Shown piece after piece: positions 1 to 10,027 of a stretch of DNA of 44,111 nucleotides; position 1 is the stretch's first letter, and each line of letters begins with the position of its first letter. This stretch comes from a virus. Taxonomy: Duplodnaviria; Heunggongvirae; Uroviricota; Caudoviricetes. The translations under genes and the position numbers were made by a program. The stretch is taken from positions 1 through 44,111 of the IMG/VR virus record IMGVR_UViG_2563366879_000002. One strand, written 5' to 3'. The notes beneath the pieces are model-generated. The model was not told the origin of the DNA and made no database searches. It worked only from the letters and a program-made list of their open reading frames with translations.

Positions 1-1236
1 CTACGATAACCGCACATTCAACATAGCTACCTGTTCGTCGTTCATGTCATCAATCCACATACCGTAAATTTCATACACCATCTGCGCAGTTTCATGCCCC
101 ATTTGGCTGGCTATAAATGCCGGGTTCGCTCCTGCCGTCAACAGCCAGCAGGCAAAAGTATGCCGCGTATGGTACGGATTACGGCGGCGAATACCAGCAC
201 GTTTTACTGCTGCATTCCACCTTGCCCCCAAACTGCTTACCGAGTAATAAGGTTTTTGTTTTCCGTTACACACCCTGGGCATGAAAACAAAATGCAGTTT
301 TTGCTTTTCGGTTCTGCCGTACTCCCGATGATAAAAGGTGATTTCGCTTTTGCGATGATGCCCGGTCAGTTTGTATTGCTCCTTCAGTGCTTCAAGAGCA
401 GGCTGCAGTAGTGTTACTGTCCGGATCCCGGCATTTGTTTTTGGGGGACCGAACATATCAAGTATCGTCAGGTTTCTTCTGACATTCACTATTCCCTTTT
501 CGAGATCCACATCCTCCCACGCCAGAGCTGCCAGTTCCCCGTGACGAAGTCCTGAGTAAACGGCAAATTTCCACAAGTTCTGGCTCTGTCCTTTTTCACT
601 TTCCATTAATGCATTGAATTCTGTTTTAGATAACGGATCAGGCTTTATTCTGTTTCGCTGTAATTTTTTTACTCCTTCAAATGGTTTGGTTGATATAAAT
701 CCCGACTGATACGCAAAACGTAACAGCGAACAGAGCAGGGCGATATAGTTATCAACTGTGCGTACGGTTCTTCCTTTTTTGTTGGATCTTGGATTATCCA
801 GGTAAAGCGTTTCTCCATGCAGCAGTTCATTCCGGTAATTTAAGATATCGCTATAACGAATATGTGATATCGGGGTACTTTCACAAATTATTATTCTGAG
901 TGTTTTTAATTGTGATTTCGTTTTCTTCATTGTGTTTGTTGTTAACTCTGTCTCTTTAATTTTTGTCCAGATATCACAAAGCTCCCCGAACGTTTTTATG
1001 ACTCTCGTTGTCACCATTTTTGCCCCAGTGCTGGACTGGGGAAAACGTCTTAAATACTCAAATTCACCGGAGTTTATTTCATGAACTATCAGCGCTCTTA
1101 AATTTCCGGCCTTTTTAATATTACTGTTTGTAATCTCCCAACCTTTTAATGTTTCCCGACATCGTTTTCCTCGAAACATGAACCAGATGCGAATGTATCT
1201 ACCTCTAATCTCGACACCTGTTGGTAATTTAGACAT
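1..1236 (-). CDS. intR: Phage integrase, tyrosine recombinase family (411 aa); its stop codon is the first triplet of the window
   Basis: Full-length minus-strand ORF; C-terminal catalytic region (HTRHTFACWLL...GHETAQMVYEIYG) typical of tyrosine recombinases; excisionase-like gene immediately upstream in transcription order; recalled as Rac IntR. Confidence 0.9.
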   Translation of the reverse strand: MSKLPTGVEIRGRYIRIWFMFRGKRCRETLKGWEITNSNIKKAGNLRALIVHEINSGEFEYLRRFPQSSTGAKMVTTRVIKTFGELCDIWTKIKETELTTNTMKKTKSQLKTLRIIICESTPISHIRYSDILNYRNELLHGETLYLDNPRSNKKGRTVRTVDNYIALLCSLLRFAYQSGFISTKPFEGVKKLQRNRIKPDPLSKTEFNALMESEKGQSQNLWKFAVYSGLRHGELAALAWEDVDLEKGIVNVRRNLTILDMFGPPKTNAGIRTVTLLQPALEALKEQYKLTGHHRKSEITFYHREYGRTEKQKLHFVFMPRVCNGKQKPYYSVSSLGARWNAAVKRAGIRRRNPYHTRHTFACWLLTAGANPAFIASQMGHETAQMVYEIYGMWIDDMNDEQVAMLNVRLS

Positions 1237-1237
1237 A

Positions 1238-1453
1238 TCATGATTCTTTGATAAACTGATTTATCTTTGGATAGTTGTACCAGATAATTCCTCGTTTGCT
1301 GTCTGGCTTACCTAAAGGAGATACTCGTTTGAAGTGGAAGCCCTCCACCCAACAGTTCTGGCGGTATGCTTCAATTTGTCTGGCCCCCAGACCAGTGCGA
1401 AGCATCAGGCCGTATTCAACCATCCACTCTTCATTAAAGATTACTTGTGCCAT
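1238..1453 (-). CDS. xisR: Excisionase-like small protein (Xis, YdaQ/XisR-like, about 71 aa); ORF track extends to 1477
   Basis: Small basic ORF directly upstream of int in the same orientation; internal start [10 protein letters not shown] matches the recalled Rac YdaQ N-terminus. Confidence 0.75.
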   Translation of the reverse strand: MAQVIFNEEWMVEYGLMLRTGLGARQIEAYRQNCWVEGFHFKRVSPLGKPDSKRGIIWYNYPKINQFIKES

Positions 1454-1552
1454 CGCATCACCTCTGGCAGGCGCCAATGTTAGACTGAAATTGACGCCCG
1501 ATGTTGATTATTAATAATCAGCTATGAAGTTTTAATTTGAATACAATGCAAC

Positions 1553-1813
1553 TCACGAGGACTGAAGTTTCTCGCAATTAAAATTAATCAGTTTTACTTT
1601 CTGCTCTCTGGAAACGCCTGCTTCTTTTTTACCTGAGAGCATTTTTTCGCATTCTGATTTCGTTAGTTTAGATTTTGAATATCTTGTCCAGTTAGTAGGA
1701 GTGCCACCTTCCTTTTCAATAGTGGCGGTAATTTTATACATGAACATCTCCATTATTATTTCCAGTGGTTCGTTTATTCCATCTTTCGAGTGCTTCTTTT
1801 TCACTTCCACCAT
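1553..1813 (-). CDS. Small hypothetical protein in the ydaC position of Rac; true start may be the internal Met (MEMFMYK, end about 1753)
   Basis: ORF track minus-strand ORF between xis and ralR; Lys/Glu-rich; no recognisable motif. Confidence 0.4.
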   Translation of the reverse strand: MVEVKKKHSKDGINEPLEIIMEMFMYKITATIEKEGGTPTNWTRYSKSKLTKSECEKMLSGKKEAGVSREQKVKLINFNCEKLQSS

Positions 1814-1928
1814 AACCGGTTCGGGATTCGCATCCGTTACACTTCGCTCGGTAATATCCTGAAATGGCTTTCACCGTTACTGATGGACAACCACAAAATG
1901 GACATGGTTTAACATTGTCATATCTCAT
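1734..1928 (-). CDS. ralR: Restriction alleviation protein Lar/RalR (64 aa, zinc-ribbon)
   Basis: MRYDNVKPCPFCGCPS...CNGCESRTGYGG...ALERWNKRT: CPFCG plus CxxC pair typical of Lar family; position upstream of recT as in Rac. Confidence 0.8.
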   Translation of the reverse strand: MRYDNVKPCPFCGCPSVTVKAISGYYRAKCNGCESRTGYGGSEKEALERWNKRTTGNNNGDVHV

Positions 1929-1983
1929 AACTTTTCTCATAAAAATATTTCAAGTTCGCGGTGCATTACACCGCCAGGCTGAA

Positions 1984-2793
1984 TTATTCCTCTGAATTAT
2001 CGATTACACTGTATTCCCCGGTTAATACAGAGGAATCTGCAGGATCGATTGTCAGTGGTTCCTTTTCATCCATTGATACTGCACGCTGGATCTCAATTGA
2101 TACGGGCAGATATTTGAACAGACGACGAATAGCCGTTTTCTTTGCCATTTCTTCCCAGTGAGTTACCCACGGCCCGTTATTACTAGCTTTACTCTGGCTG
2201 CGCACCAGCTCAATCTGTTTGTGCGTCATAACTTCAAACTGAGTACCTCCGTCTTTCAGTCTTGCGACAGCATAGACGTGGGTAACCGGGGCATCTTCGT
2301 TTTCTCCTGGGCGGTGTATTAACTTTTCATCAAGGCCAAATTCGAAATTAAACTCGTCACCTTCACGGACAACACGGGCTGACAGGCTGGCGATTTGACC
2401 TGAACGGCGAGCCAGATCAATCATGCCGCGATAGCCAATGATTAGCTGAACGTTTTTTTTACCGCTCTTTTCGTTTTTATTACCAAAAGGCAGTAAATAT
2501 GCATGACCGAGGGCGCTACCGGGCTCAAGTCCGAGCTGTGAACACTGTACGATTGCACTGACAAAACTCATAGTGTCACAGTTTCCTAACGCCGGAACTT
2601 TACGAATTTCTGTGGTGGCGATACGGATCATACGTTCAGCCGTCATATGGCGTGGAAGAGCTGCTGCCAGTTGCTCTTTCATTGATGGCTGGTTAATAAA
2701 ACTAATCACGTCGTTATTTTTAATTGCTGCTGGTGCACGGTTTCCCTGAGTTTTTTGCAGATCGGCTTTTGCGATTGGTGGTTGCTTAGTCAT
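1984..2793 (-). CDS. recT: RecT single-strand annealing recombinase (269 aa from internal Met [12 protein letters not shown])
   Basis: Protein matches the remembered RecT of Rac throughout; immediately downstream of recE in the same operon. Confidence 0.9.
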   Translation of the reverse strand: MTKQPPIAKADLQKTQGNRAPAAIKNNDVISFINQPSMKEQLAAALPRHMTAERMIRIATTEIRKVPALGNCDTMSFVSAIVQCSQLGLEPGSALGHAYLLPFGNKNEKSGKKNVQLIIGYRGMIDLARRSGQIASLSARVVREGDEFNFEFGLDEKLIHRPGENEDAPVTHVYAVARLKDGGTQFEVMTHKQIELVRSQSKASNNGPWVTHWEEMAKKTAIRRLFKYLPVSIEIQRAVSMDEKEPLTIDPADSSVLTGEYSVIDNSEE

Positions 2794-5437
2794 TTGCATA
2801 TTCCTTAGCCCAGCGGGGCAGTGATAACGTCTTAATAGCTGGCCATTCATCGGTATTGAGGCAGTCAGCCAGGGTTCGCAGATTGCGGTGATATTCCAGC
2901 TGACCTGCCAGTTTTGCTTCTTCGCCCATCATGAAAATTTCAACCGGATAACGTCCGCATTCAATAGTTGTGCTGGCAACCAGAAAAACGAAAGTTGGCT
3001 GCACTCCAAACTGTGCTTCATAACCGTCACTGTAGAATGCATCCTGAACGTGATAGCGGTAGTCGTAATAAGCGGTTTTGAATCGTTGAATATCCGCCGT
3101 AGTTTTCACGTCCATGATCCAGTGAAATTCAGGGATAATTTTGTCCGGACGGCACCGACACAAAATTCCTGTTTCAGGATCTTCCCAGTAAATTGATGAT
3201 TCAGCGTGTCCGGCGCTTTCAACAAGCCATTGCCCCAGCGGCAAAGCCATAACGCTTTGATACATGAGTTCAATTTTCCGGCCTTCTTCCGCAGTGATAA
3301 CCGTTTTTCCTGTGTTTGCGCATTCCATCAGAAACGCTTTCTCCTCTTCTTTTCCGGCGTTTGTACGGCGGTTAAATTCAGGTGCTACGATAAAGCGGTT
3401 ACTGAATTCTTCCGGTTCAAGTACCCGGCAGTGGAAAGCGGTTCCTAAATCGAGCGTTTTTGTCTTTGTGGTGTCCACGGGGGCATTTTTACGCCACAAA
3501 TACAGTGCCGGAGTATCAGCAATGTCATCGAGCTGAGACTTACTGACACCGGGACCCGCGTGGTAATTCTCATTCGAAATTCCGTAATAAATACCTGGCT
3601 CTATGTCTTCTACGATTACGGGATCTGCGACTTCGCCAGTTTCATCACTGCAATCGCGATGCGGATCGCTGCCAGCATTCTCATTGTGCGGATGTTCAGC
3701 GCCTTCCATTTTCTCCGGATCATTTTCCTTAGCTTCAACCTGATTCTCTTCATCGAATGTTTCCTGGTATGTTGCGTCGCCCATCACCGCACCACAGTCA
3801 GGGCAGTTATCCCCGCCAGTCTGACCGCAGGCATTGCAGGCTATTTCCGGTTCCTGTTGCACTACTGGCTCAGGTTGTTTCATATCCGGGCTGATTTTTT
3901 CCGTTTCTGGCTGGTTCTGGTACACAGAATCGCGAGTCTGGATCCCCTTAACCCATTTCGGATCGTTCGGGTCGCTAATTCCGTCAACAAATTCACCACG
4001 TGATGCAGCAAGCAATTTATCGGCATCGACAGGATTTTTTGATGGAATGTTTTTCCGGGCTTCATGGAGTTCTGCCCGCAGTTCCTGATATTTCGCATCA
4101 ACAGAATTTACCTGTGACTGAGCATCCAGTGGCTGCGTGTCCTGATGATGTTCAGTTGCGTCCGGTTCCATTGTTTCAGCCTCTCCCTGTTCATCTGCCG
4201 TTGTTCCAGATGGTTGCGGTTTTTCTTCATCATCCTGTTTTCCTTCTTCTGTTACTCGCTGCGGCATCGGGGCCGAGGAGCGACCGCAGGCAATATCCAC
4301 GATTTCCGGATCAGGGTTGGCATGATCGGTTTCAGTCAGTACTTTGTTCAGATATTCAGTGACGTGTGCGGGGATGACCTCGATCCCAATTGGTGCTTCT
4401 TTCACGGACGCAACCACGATGGCGCGGGAATAATCCAGCCCGCCAGGCATGGTGATGAATTTGTCGCGGAAAACAGAAAAGGGTGGTTTATTTTCAGCGA
4501 TAATTTCCTCAATGCGTTTAGCGTGTGCCGGATGAAGGTTATAGATGTCCACGTCCATTGAACGGGCCAGTACGCCAGTGGCTACATCGCGCGCCAGTGA
4601 CGTCAGATCGTGGACGAAACCTTCGCCGCGATCGGTGAGGTTCCCGCCGCCAGCATTAGCACCGGAAGCCGTGCGAGTGATGTGTGAAACACGATTCCCT
4701 TTTCGCCATTCTTTTGTCAGAAGACCGCGATCAATGTGTTCGGTATCCAGCCAGGCTGAAATGAAATTCTTAAATTCATAGGGCTGATGTTTTTTCGTGA
4801 TAGGGAAAACTGCCTTAATTGCATCAGTCAGGCGGAGCAGGGCGGCATTATCCAGAGTTGTCGGTTCTGCCATGCCGCGTATGGCCAACAGCAGATTCTG
4901 GACATAGCTGTTTTCCTGATCCATCTCAAGAGCAGTAATGTGTTCGCGTTGTTCACGGGTGGCATGATGCAGGTATTTCCGATCCCCGGCCGCATACGTA
5001 AAAATGTGCAGTAGACGCTGAGTGAACCGCAAAGTGGCTACAGAGACTTCACAATCCTGGCAATCCCCGTGGGCGTCTGCCTGCGCGTTTTCTTCCTGGC
5101 CTCCCGTCAGTTTTTCAGTTTCCTGAGCATTGTCCTGATAGTGAACGTCGTCTGGCGCTGCTCCCGGTTTTAGTTCCCAGGTCATGGAGTCTTTGCTGAG
5201 TTGATAGCGTTCACTCCAGGTAAAATCGATCTCACCTTCAGGGGGAAGGTCATTAACGACAGGAAAATTTGTGGCAACAGCTTTAAAATAGTTGCTCAGT
5301 TTTTTACCTGACTTAACGATCAGGTAGTCCAGAGTGACACAGGTCGATTCAAAATCGTCACTTGCCCACAGGACGACGTCAGGTTCACCGGATGATTTTT
5401 TCGCTTTTCGTAACAGGAAGAGTGGTTTTGTGCTCAT
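2786..5437 (-). CDS. recE: RecE exonuclease VIII (883 aa)
   Basis: Long minus-strand ORF; acidic Gln/Glu/Pro-rich central region and conserved C-terminal nuclease domain ([24 protein letters not shown]...) as in RecE; recE-recT arrangement. Confidence 0.9.
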   Translation of the reverse strand: MSTKPLFLLRKAKKSSGEPDVVLWASDDFESTCVTLDYLIVKSGKKLSNYFKAVATNFPVVNDLPPEGEIDFTWSERYQLSKDSMTWELKPGAAPDDVHYQDNAQETEKLTGGQEENAQADAHGDCQDCEVSVATLRFTQRLLHIFTYAAGDRKYLHHATREQREHITALEMDQENSYVQNLLLAIRGMAEPTTLDNAALLRLTDAIKAVFPITKKHQPYEFKNFISAWLDTEHIDRGLLTKEWRKGNRVSHITRTASGANAGGGNLTDRGEGFVHDLTSLARDVATGVLARSMDVDIYNLHPAHAKRIEEIIAENKPPFSVFRDKFITMPGGLDYSRAIVVASVKEAPIGIEVIPAHVTEYLNKVLTETDHANPDPEIVDIACGRSSAPMPQRVTEEGKQDDEEKPQPSGTTADEQGEAETMEPDATEHHQDTQPLDAQSQVNSVDAKYQELRAELHEARKNIPSKNPVDADKLLAASRGEFVDGISDPNDPKWVKGIQTRDSVYQNQPETEKISPDMKQPEPVVQQEPEIACNACGQTGGDNCPDCGAVMGDATYQETFDEENQVEAKENDPEKMEGAEHPHNENAGSDPHRDCSDETGEVADPVIVEDIEPGIYYGISNENYHAGPGVSKSQLDDIADTPALYLWRKNAPVDTTKTKTLDLGTAFHCRVLEPEEFSNRFIVAPEFNRRTNAGKEEEKAFLMECANTGKTVITAEEGRKIELMYQSVMALPLGQWLVESAGHAESSIYWEDPETGILCRCRPDKIIPEFHWIMDVKTTADIQRFKTAYYDYRYHVQDAFYSDGYEAQFGVQPTFVFLVASTTIECGRYPVEIFMMGEEAKLAGQLEYHRNLRTLADCLNTDEWPAIKTLSLPRWAKEYAND

Positions 5438-5535
5438 TGTTTTTTAACCTCAACTCAGATTAAAATTACTGCGAGTGATGAATAAATGTCCCAGGTTCTT
5501 CACTCAGGCCTGCACGTCGTGCAGGCTTTCTTTTT

Positions 5536-5811
5536 TCAGATTTCACCTTTTAATTTCATTGCAATCAGAGTTGCCAGAAATCCGGCTTTTCTTTCTGCGG
5601 GCAGATTCTTTCCGATGTGAACCAGACTCACTTTTGTGACACCTTCATCAAGTGTTTTTACGTTGCCTGATGGGCCGTCAATATCAACCACAGTGAATGG
5701 GGTTTCTTTATTTTCTGTTTTAATCACGTAGCCAATACGCTTTCCTTCCAGATTAACCTCGTGAACAATGTCATCGGTAGTTACAACAGTGACTTCATAA
5801 TTGGTAATCAT
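5536..5811 (-). CDS. racC: RacC-like small protein (91 aa)
   Basis: ORF track ORF in the Rac racC position upstream of recE; sequence recalled as RacC. Confidence 0.6.
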   Translation of the reverse strand: MITNYEVTVVTTDDIVHEVNLEGKRIGYVIKTENKETPFTVVDIDGPSGNVKTLDEGVTKVSLVHIGKNLPAERKAGFLATLIAMKLKGEI

Positions 5812-5884
5812 TTTTTCTCCTTAATTAAGGTTGAGCGAATCCCTGCCATTGCTGGCATAAATTCAGTTTCGCATAGTCAGTTAA

Positions 5885-6055
5885 TTAAAGTTCGTGTGCC
5901 ATCTGGTCTTTTTCGGCACAATTTTCACTACAATATTTTTTCATTTCCGTCGTTGGGATAACTCCACGCATGAAATGAAGTGGTCTTTTAATGCTTTTGC
6001 TTTCTTCAATTCCTTTATTGCAAAGGTGGTAAGCACATTTTATTTTCTTAGTCAT
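5885..6055 (-). CDS. ydaE: Small Cys-rich protein YdaE-like (about 56 aa), not on the ORF track; coordinates approximate
   Basis: Hand translation of minus strand: [56 protein letters not shown]; start ATG overlaps the kilR stop (TGATG). Confidence 0.55.
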   Translation of the reverse strand: MTKKIKCAYHLCNKGIEESKSIKRPLHFMRGVIPTTEMKKYCSENCAEKDQMAHEL

Positions 6056-6276
6056 CACCATGACTCCGCCTTTACTGGTAAACCATCACGACCGAGGAAG
6101 ACTTTAATCATGCAGTCAGAAATGCATGTTTTTGTAGTCAGGTTACGAATATAAAGTTTTCGCTTTTTAATATTGTTTGCCGAGGCGATATATGTCCGGC
6201 CTTCATGAAGAACATAATCACCAGGAGTCACACACTGACGTGGTATTTCATCAGTTCCGAAGTGATGTGCAATCAT
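6055..6276 (-). CDS. kilR: KilR cell-division (FtsZ) inhibitor (73 aa from [10 protein letters not shown])
   Basis: Sequence matches remembered KilR; located between ydaE and sieB as in Rac. Confidence 0.8.
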   Translation of the reverse strand: MIAHHFGTDEIPRQCVTPGDYVLHEGRTYIASANNIKKRKLYIRNLTTKTCISDCMIKVFLGRDGLPVKAESW

Positions 6277-6716
6277 AATTATCTCCATTTTTACAAATGA
6301 ACTTTGTTGATGCGGTGCCTGGTGCCTCCAGGTGACTGCAACCAGTTAACAATTACAGTCGGCTTTCCCACCCAAACCAATAAGGACTAACATGACTTTT
6401 AACTGTGCCGCGTGCGCTTAGCCGCATTCACCGCATCACAAAATTCACTTTAAAAAGGGCGGACATCAGTCGAACTTCAAGAAAAAACTGATGCCGCCAA
6501 GACTACACACAGCAGTGTTGTTATTTACAACCGGAGGCGCACTCCCACCATTTAAATTTAACAGACAAGACCGACTCTTTATGGATACCGGAAGTGCGCC
6601 TTCGTGTTGTGCCCGGTTTTATTTCACCACCTCCGGGCTTCGGTGGTCTCGGCTATACCCCTACAGCGAGAGCTTGTGTTAACATTTCAATACCCTTACA
6701 GTTGAGAATTATTGAT

Positions 6717-7205
6717 ATGTTGGATGTATTTACTCCATTGTTGAAACTTTTTGCTAACGAGCCACTCGAAAGACTTATGTATACGATTATCATTTTTGGT
6801 CTCACTCTCTGGCTGATACCGAAAGAGTTTACTGTCGAATTCAATGCTTATACTGAAATACCTTGGCTCTTTCAGATTATCGTTTTTGCCTTTTCTTTCG
6901 TGGTCGCCATTTCCTTCTCAAGATTGCGAGCACATATTCAAAAGCATTATTCATTACTACCAGAGCAACGAGTATTGCTTCGTTTATCTGAGAAAGAAAT
7001 CGCTGTATTTAAAGATTTCCTTAAAACAGGAAATCTTATTATCACTTCTCCTTGCCGTAACCCGGTTATGAAAAAATTAGAACGGAAGGGCATCATTCAA
7101 CATCAGAGTGATAGCGCAAACTGTTCTTATTATCTCGTCACCGAAAAATACTCCCATTTTATGAAGTTATTCTGGAACAGCAGGAGTAGACGTTTTAATC
7201 GTTAG
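6717..7205 (+). CDS. sieB: Superinfection exclusion protein SieB (162 aa from internal Met MLDVFTPLL); membrane protein
   Basis: Hydrophobic N-terminal segments (IIIFGLTLWLIP, LFQIIVFAFSFVVAISF); sequence recalled as SieB; plus-strand gene embedded in the leftward operon as in lambda and Rac. Confidence 0.85.
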   Translation: MLDVFTPLLKLFANEPLERLMYTIIIFGLTLWLIPKEFTVEFNAYTEIPWLFQIIVFAFSFVVAISFSRLRAHIQKHYSLLPEQRVLLRLSEKEIAVFKDFLKTGNLIITSPCRNPVMKKLERKGIIQHQSDSANCSYYLVTEKYSHFMKLFWNSRSRRFNR

Positions 7206-7357
7206 CTTACTGTGTGCTTCTCCAACCATCGGCGCGCACCAGTTTCGGTTTTAAATGTTTTGCTTTTGGTATACGTCATAGCAGTGAACGTTCCATCTTG
7301 GTTGGGGAACACGCCGCACACTAGGGATTCGTTATTGCCGAGGTCGATTTTTTGCAT
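7202..7357 (-). CDS. ydaF: YdaF-like small protein (51 aa), hand-translated; coordinates approximate
   Basis: MQKIDLGNNESLVCGVFPNQDGTFTAMTYTKSKTFKTETGARRWLEKHTVS; convergent with sieB with a few-nt 3-prime overlap. Confidence 0.5.
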   Translation of the reverse strand: MQKIDLGNNESLVCGVFPNQDGTFTAMTYTKSKTFKTETGARRWLEKHTVS

Positions 7358-7367
7358 TTTTCGCACC

Positions 7368-7502
7368 TCACATTTTGTTGTTGCGGATAGAGGCTTCTGC
7401 CTGCCAGAGATCCCAGTCGTTGCTGCGTAGAGCCTGTACAGCCTGGCTGTAAGTGATATCGCAACAATCCATCAAATACTGAACTACTTCGTAATGCACC
7501 AT
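7368..7502 (-). CDS. ydaG: YdaG-like small protein (44 aa), hand-translated; coordinates approximate
   Basis: MVHYEVVQYLMDCCDITYSQAVQALRSNDWDLWQAEASIRNNKM; first gene of the leftward operon downstream of the left operator. Confidence 0.5.
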   Translation of the reverse strand: MVHYEVVQYLMDCCDITYSQAVQALRSNDWDLWQAEASIRNNKM

Positions 7503-7694
7503 CTTATCTCTCCCCTTAACGCCGGGTGGCGGAACTAACTGCTGCACTGCAAAATTTGAATCCCGCCGTCATGTTCATACGCCTCGGGCTGGCTACTTAA
7601 CCCCTTACCACTGCCTGGTAACTCGAAGTATTGCCCTGCGTTCTGTGGGGCGGGGTGGGTGGTATGCTGGAACTATAGGTAATGCCTAATTGAT

Positions 7695-7716
7695 TGTCAA
7701 TAGGCTATGCCTAATG
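7695..7716. promoter_or_regulatory. Left operator element: 22-bp sequence TGTCAATAGGCTATGCCTAATG whose exact reverse complement recurs at about 8338-8359; contains the TTAGGC/GCCTAA half-site
   Basis: Direct reading of both intergenic regions flanking racR; additional half-site copies nearby (about 7679-7740). Confidence 0.5.
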
Positions 7717-7809
7717 TTTTGAGCGTAACCTAATAGGTGATGGCGACAGGAGAAAGTGATGGGGGGTTAAATAACGGAATCCAGGAGTTTTCCGTCAGAC
7801 CATATAAGT

Positions 7810-8286
7810 TTAAGTTCCAGTTTTTGTGATGTTCTGGCTTTTCCGTTCAGATTCTAGAGCTTTCAGATACTTACCCACTTTCATTTCCATCGCTGCTATG
7901 TAGGCGCGAACATCGTGGTCAACCCAATCTGGTTCTGTAGTATTTCCAGATAACAGGAAAGCTACAATCGCTCTTATTTCATCAGAGGCTGCTTGATAAA
8001 GGTTGTTTATATCTAAAAGTTCACTTTTTGTATCTGAATTGGTGGGGGTTGGTATGGGGTATTCGTTAAGCCCCCAATGCTCTGGACCAACAACATCAGA
8101 AAAGAAACGCCATAATTCTGGAAGTTTATCTTTACTTATGGAGCCTTTCTTAATCCAGTCATAAATTGATGGTGGTTGGACTTTGAAGTGGCGTGCGACC
8201 TCCGCCTTTGATTTGACGGATCCCGATGCGATTTTTTTGTTAATGGCCTGCTCTATCGCTCGGCCTAAGTCTTTACCACTAAGCAT
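7810..8286 (-). CDS. racR: Prophage repressor RacR (158 aa, HTH)
   Basis: Sequence recalled as RacR; divergent from the Cro-like ydaS; flanked by operator repeats. Confidence 0.85.
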   Translation of the reverse strand: MLSGKDLGRAIEQAINKKIASGSVKSKAEVARHFKVQPPSIYDWIKKGSISKDKLPELWRFFSDVVGPEHWGLNEYPIPTPTNSDTKSELLDINNLYQAASDEIRAIVAFLLSGNTTEPDWVDHDVRAYIAAMEMKVGKYLKALESERKSQNITKTGT

Positions 8287-8409
8287 TGCTTAATATTCTC
8301 CTATGCTCATTGCATTAGGCAATCCCTACCCTTATCGCATTAGGCATAGCCTATTGACATTTATGTTAGGCGTCGCCTAATATTTCTGTGTGTTTTTGGA
8401 GTTCATTCG
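8287..8409. promoter_or_regulatory. Divergent promoter/operator region between racR and ydaS with three ATTAGGC-based inverted repeats (including CATTAGGCATAGCCTATTGACA and palindrome TTAGGCGTCGCCTAA)
   Basis: Seen in sequence; architecture analogous to lambda OR between cI and cro. Confidence 0.55.
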
Positions 8410-8706
8410 ATGAAAAAAGAGAACTATTCATTCAAGCAAGCTTGTGCTGTTGTCGGTGGGCAATCAGCAATGGCTAGGCTTTTAGGTGTATCACCTCCAA
8501 GCGTAAATCAATGGATCAAAGGGGTACGTCAATTGCCTGCCGAGAGATGTCCAGCAATTGAACGTGCAACAAGAGGTGAGATTCTGTGCGAAGAGCTTCG
8601 TCCTGATATTGACTGGTCATATTTACGACGTTCGGCATGTTGTTCGCAGAATATGTCAGTGAAGCAACTAAATGACAGTAACAAATCCTCATTTGATCAT
8701 ACCTGA
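8410..8706 (+). CDS. ydaS: Cro-like HTH protein YdaS (98 aa)
   Basis: Sequence recalled as YdaS; first gene of the rightward operon opposite the repressor. Confidence 0.85.
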   Translation: MKKENYSFKQACAVVGGQSAMARLLGVSPPSVNQWIKGVRQLPAERCPAIERATRGEILCEELRPDIDWSYLRRSACCSQNMSVKQLNDSNKSSFDHT

Positions 8707-8728
8707 AACATCAAGAGGCAAATGATTC

Positions 8729-9151
8729 ATGAAAATCAAGCATGAGCACATCGAATCAGTGTTGTTTGCCCTGGCAGCCGAAAAAGGGCAGGCATGGGTA
8801 GCCAATGCAATTACTGAAGAATATCTGCGCCAGGGGGGCGGCGAATTGCCCCTGGTTCCAGGCAAGGACTGGAGCAATCAGCAGAATATCTATCACCGTT
8901 GGTTGAAAGGTGAAACGAAAACGCAAAGAGAAAAAATTCAGAAGCTGATCCCAGCAATTCTGGCAATCCTTCCGCGCGAGCTGCGTCACCGACTCTGCAT
9001 CTTCGATACCCTGGAACGCCGTGCATTACTGGCGGCGCAGGAAGCGTTAAGTACGGCAATTGATGCGCATGATGATGCAGTCCAAGCCGTTTACCGGAAA
9101 GCGCATTTCAGCGGCGGCGGGTCTTCCGACGATTCTGTCATTGTTCATTAA
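8729..9151 (+). CDS. ydaT: YdaT (140 aa), toxic/CII-like protein of Rac
   Basis: Sequence recalled as YdaT; immediately downstream of ydaS. Confidence 0.85.
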   Translation: MKIKHEHIESVLFALAAEKGQAWVANAITEEYLRQGGGELPLVPGKDWSNQQNIYHRWLKGETKTQREKIQKLIPAILAILPRELRHRLCIFDTLERRALLAAQEALSTAIDAHDDAVQAVYRKAHFSGGGSSDDSVIVH

Positions 9152-9163
9152 GCAAAAGTTTCC

Positions 9164-10021
9164 ATGCTGTTTGTGCTTATTCTAAGCAACCGGGCAGCAT
9201 CATACGGGGCAATTATGGCCGCATTACCATACATGCAACTGTACATAGCTGATTACCTGGCTGACACCATGCATTTGTCAGCAGAGGAGCATGGTGCGTA
9301 TTTGTTGCTGATGTTCAATTACTGGCAAACAGGAAAGCCAATACCTAAAAACAGGCTGGCAAAAATTGCCCGTCTGACTAACGAGCGATGGGCTGATGTT
9401 GAACCATCCTTGCGGGAGTTTTTTTGCGATAACGGCGAGGAATGGGTGCATCTTCGGATTGAGGAAGATCTGGCATCAGTCAGGGAAAAATTAACCAAAA
9501 AATCAGCCGCAGGAAAAGCATCGGTTCAGGCCAGAAGAAGCAGAAAGGAAGCAGATGTTCAAACAAAACAAGAGAGAAATTTAACAGGTGTTCAAACAGA
9601 TGTTGAAGTGGTGTTTGAACATGATGTCAACACAAAGGCAACTAATAAAGATACAGATAAAGATCTAAAAACAGATCCCCCCCTAAATCCCCCCCGGGGG
9701 AATCGAGGTGGCAAAAAGTTTGACCCTCTGGATATTGCTTTGCCGAACTGGATTTCTGTCTCGCTTTGGCGTGAGTGGGTTGAATTTCGCCAGGCATTGC
9801 GTAAACCGATTCGAACGGAGCAGGGCGCTAACGGGGCGATACGGGAGCTGGAAAAATTCCGCCAGCAGGGTTTTTCACCTGAGCAGGTGATTCGACACAG
9901 CATCGCCAATGAATACCAGGGCTTGTTCGCGCCAAAAGGTGTTCGACCTGAGACGTTACTCCGACAGGTTAACACCGTCTCGTTACCGGATAGTGCGATC
10001 CCGCCAGGCTTCAGGGGGTAA
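9164..10021 (+). CDS. ydaU: YdaU, replication-initiation-associated protein (285 aa)
   Basis: Position upstream of the DnaC-like gene, as for lambda O/P; recalled as YdaU. Confidence 0.75.
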   Translation: MLFVLILSNRAASYGAIMAALPYMQLYIADYLADTMHLSAEEHGAYLLLMFNYWQTGKPIPKNRLAKIARLTNERWADVEPSLREFFCDNGEEWVHLRIEEDLASVREKLTKKSAAGKASVQARRSRKEADVQTKQERNLTGVQTDVEVVFEHDVNTKATNKDTDKDLKTDPPLNPPRGNRGGKKFDPLDIALPNWISVSLWREWVEFRQALRKPIRTEQGANGAIRELEKFRQQGFSPEQVIRHSIANEYQGLFAPKGVRPETLLRQVNTVSLPDSAIPPGFRG

Positions 10022-10027
10022 CTGACC

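Noticed and set aside
94-411. 105-aa plus-strand ORF inside the integrase gene
   Set aside because: Antisense to the integrase coding sequence; no support.
2888-5014. Series of plus-strand ORFs (80-147 aa) overlapping recE
   Set aside because: Antisense to the full-length recE ORF; hydrophobic/low-complexity translations; no RBS or start context.
6594-6716. Upstream extension of the sieB ORF (ORF track start 6594)
   Set aside because: Remembered SieB begins at MLDVF (6717); the extension is an ORF-calling artefact through the intergenic region.
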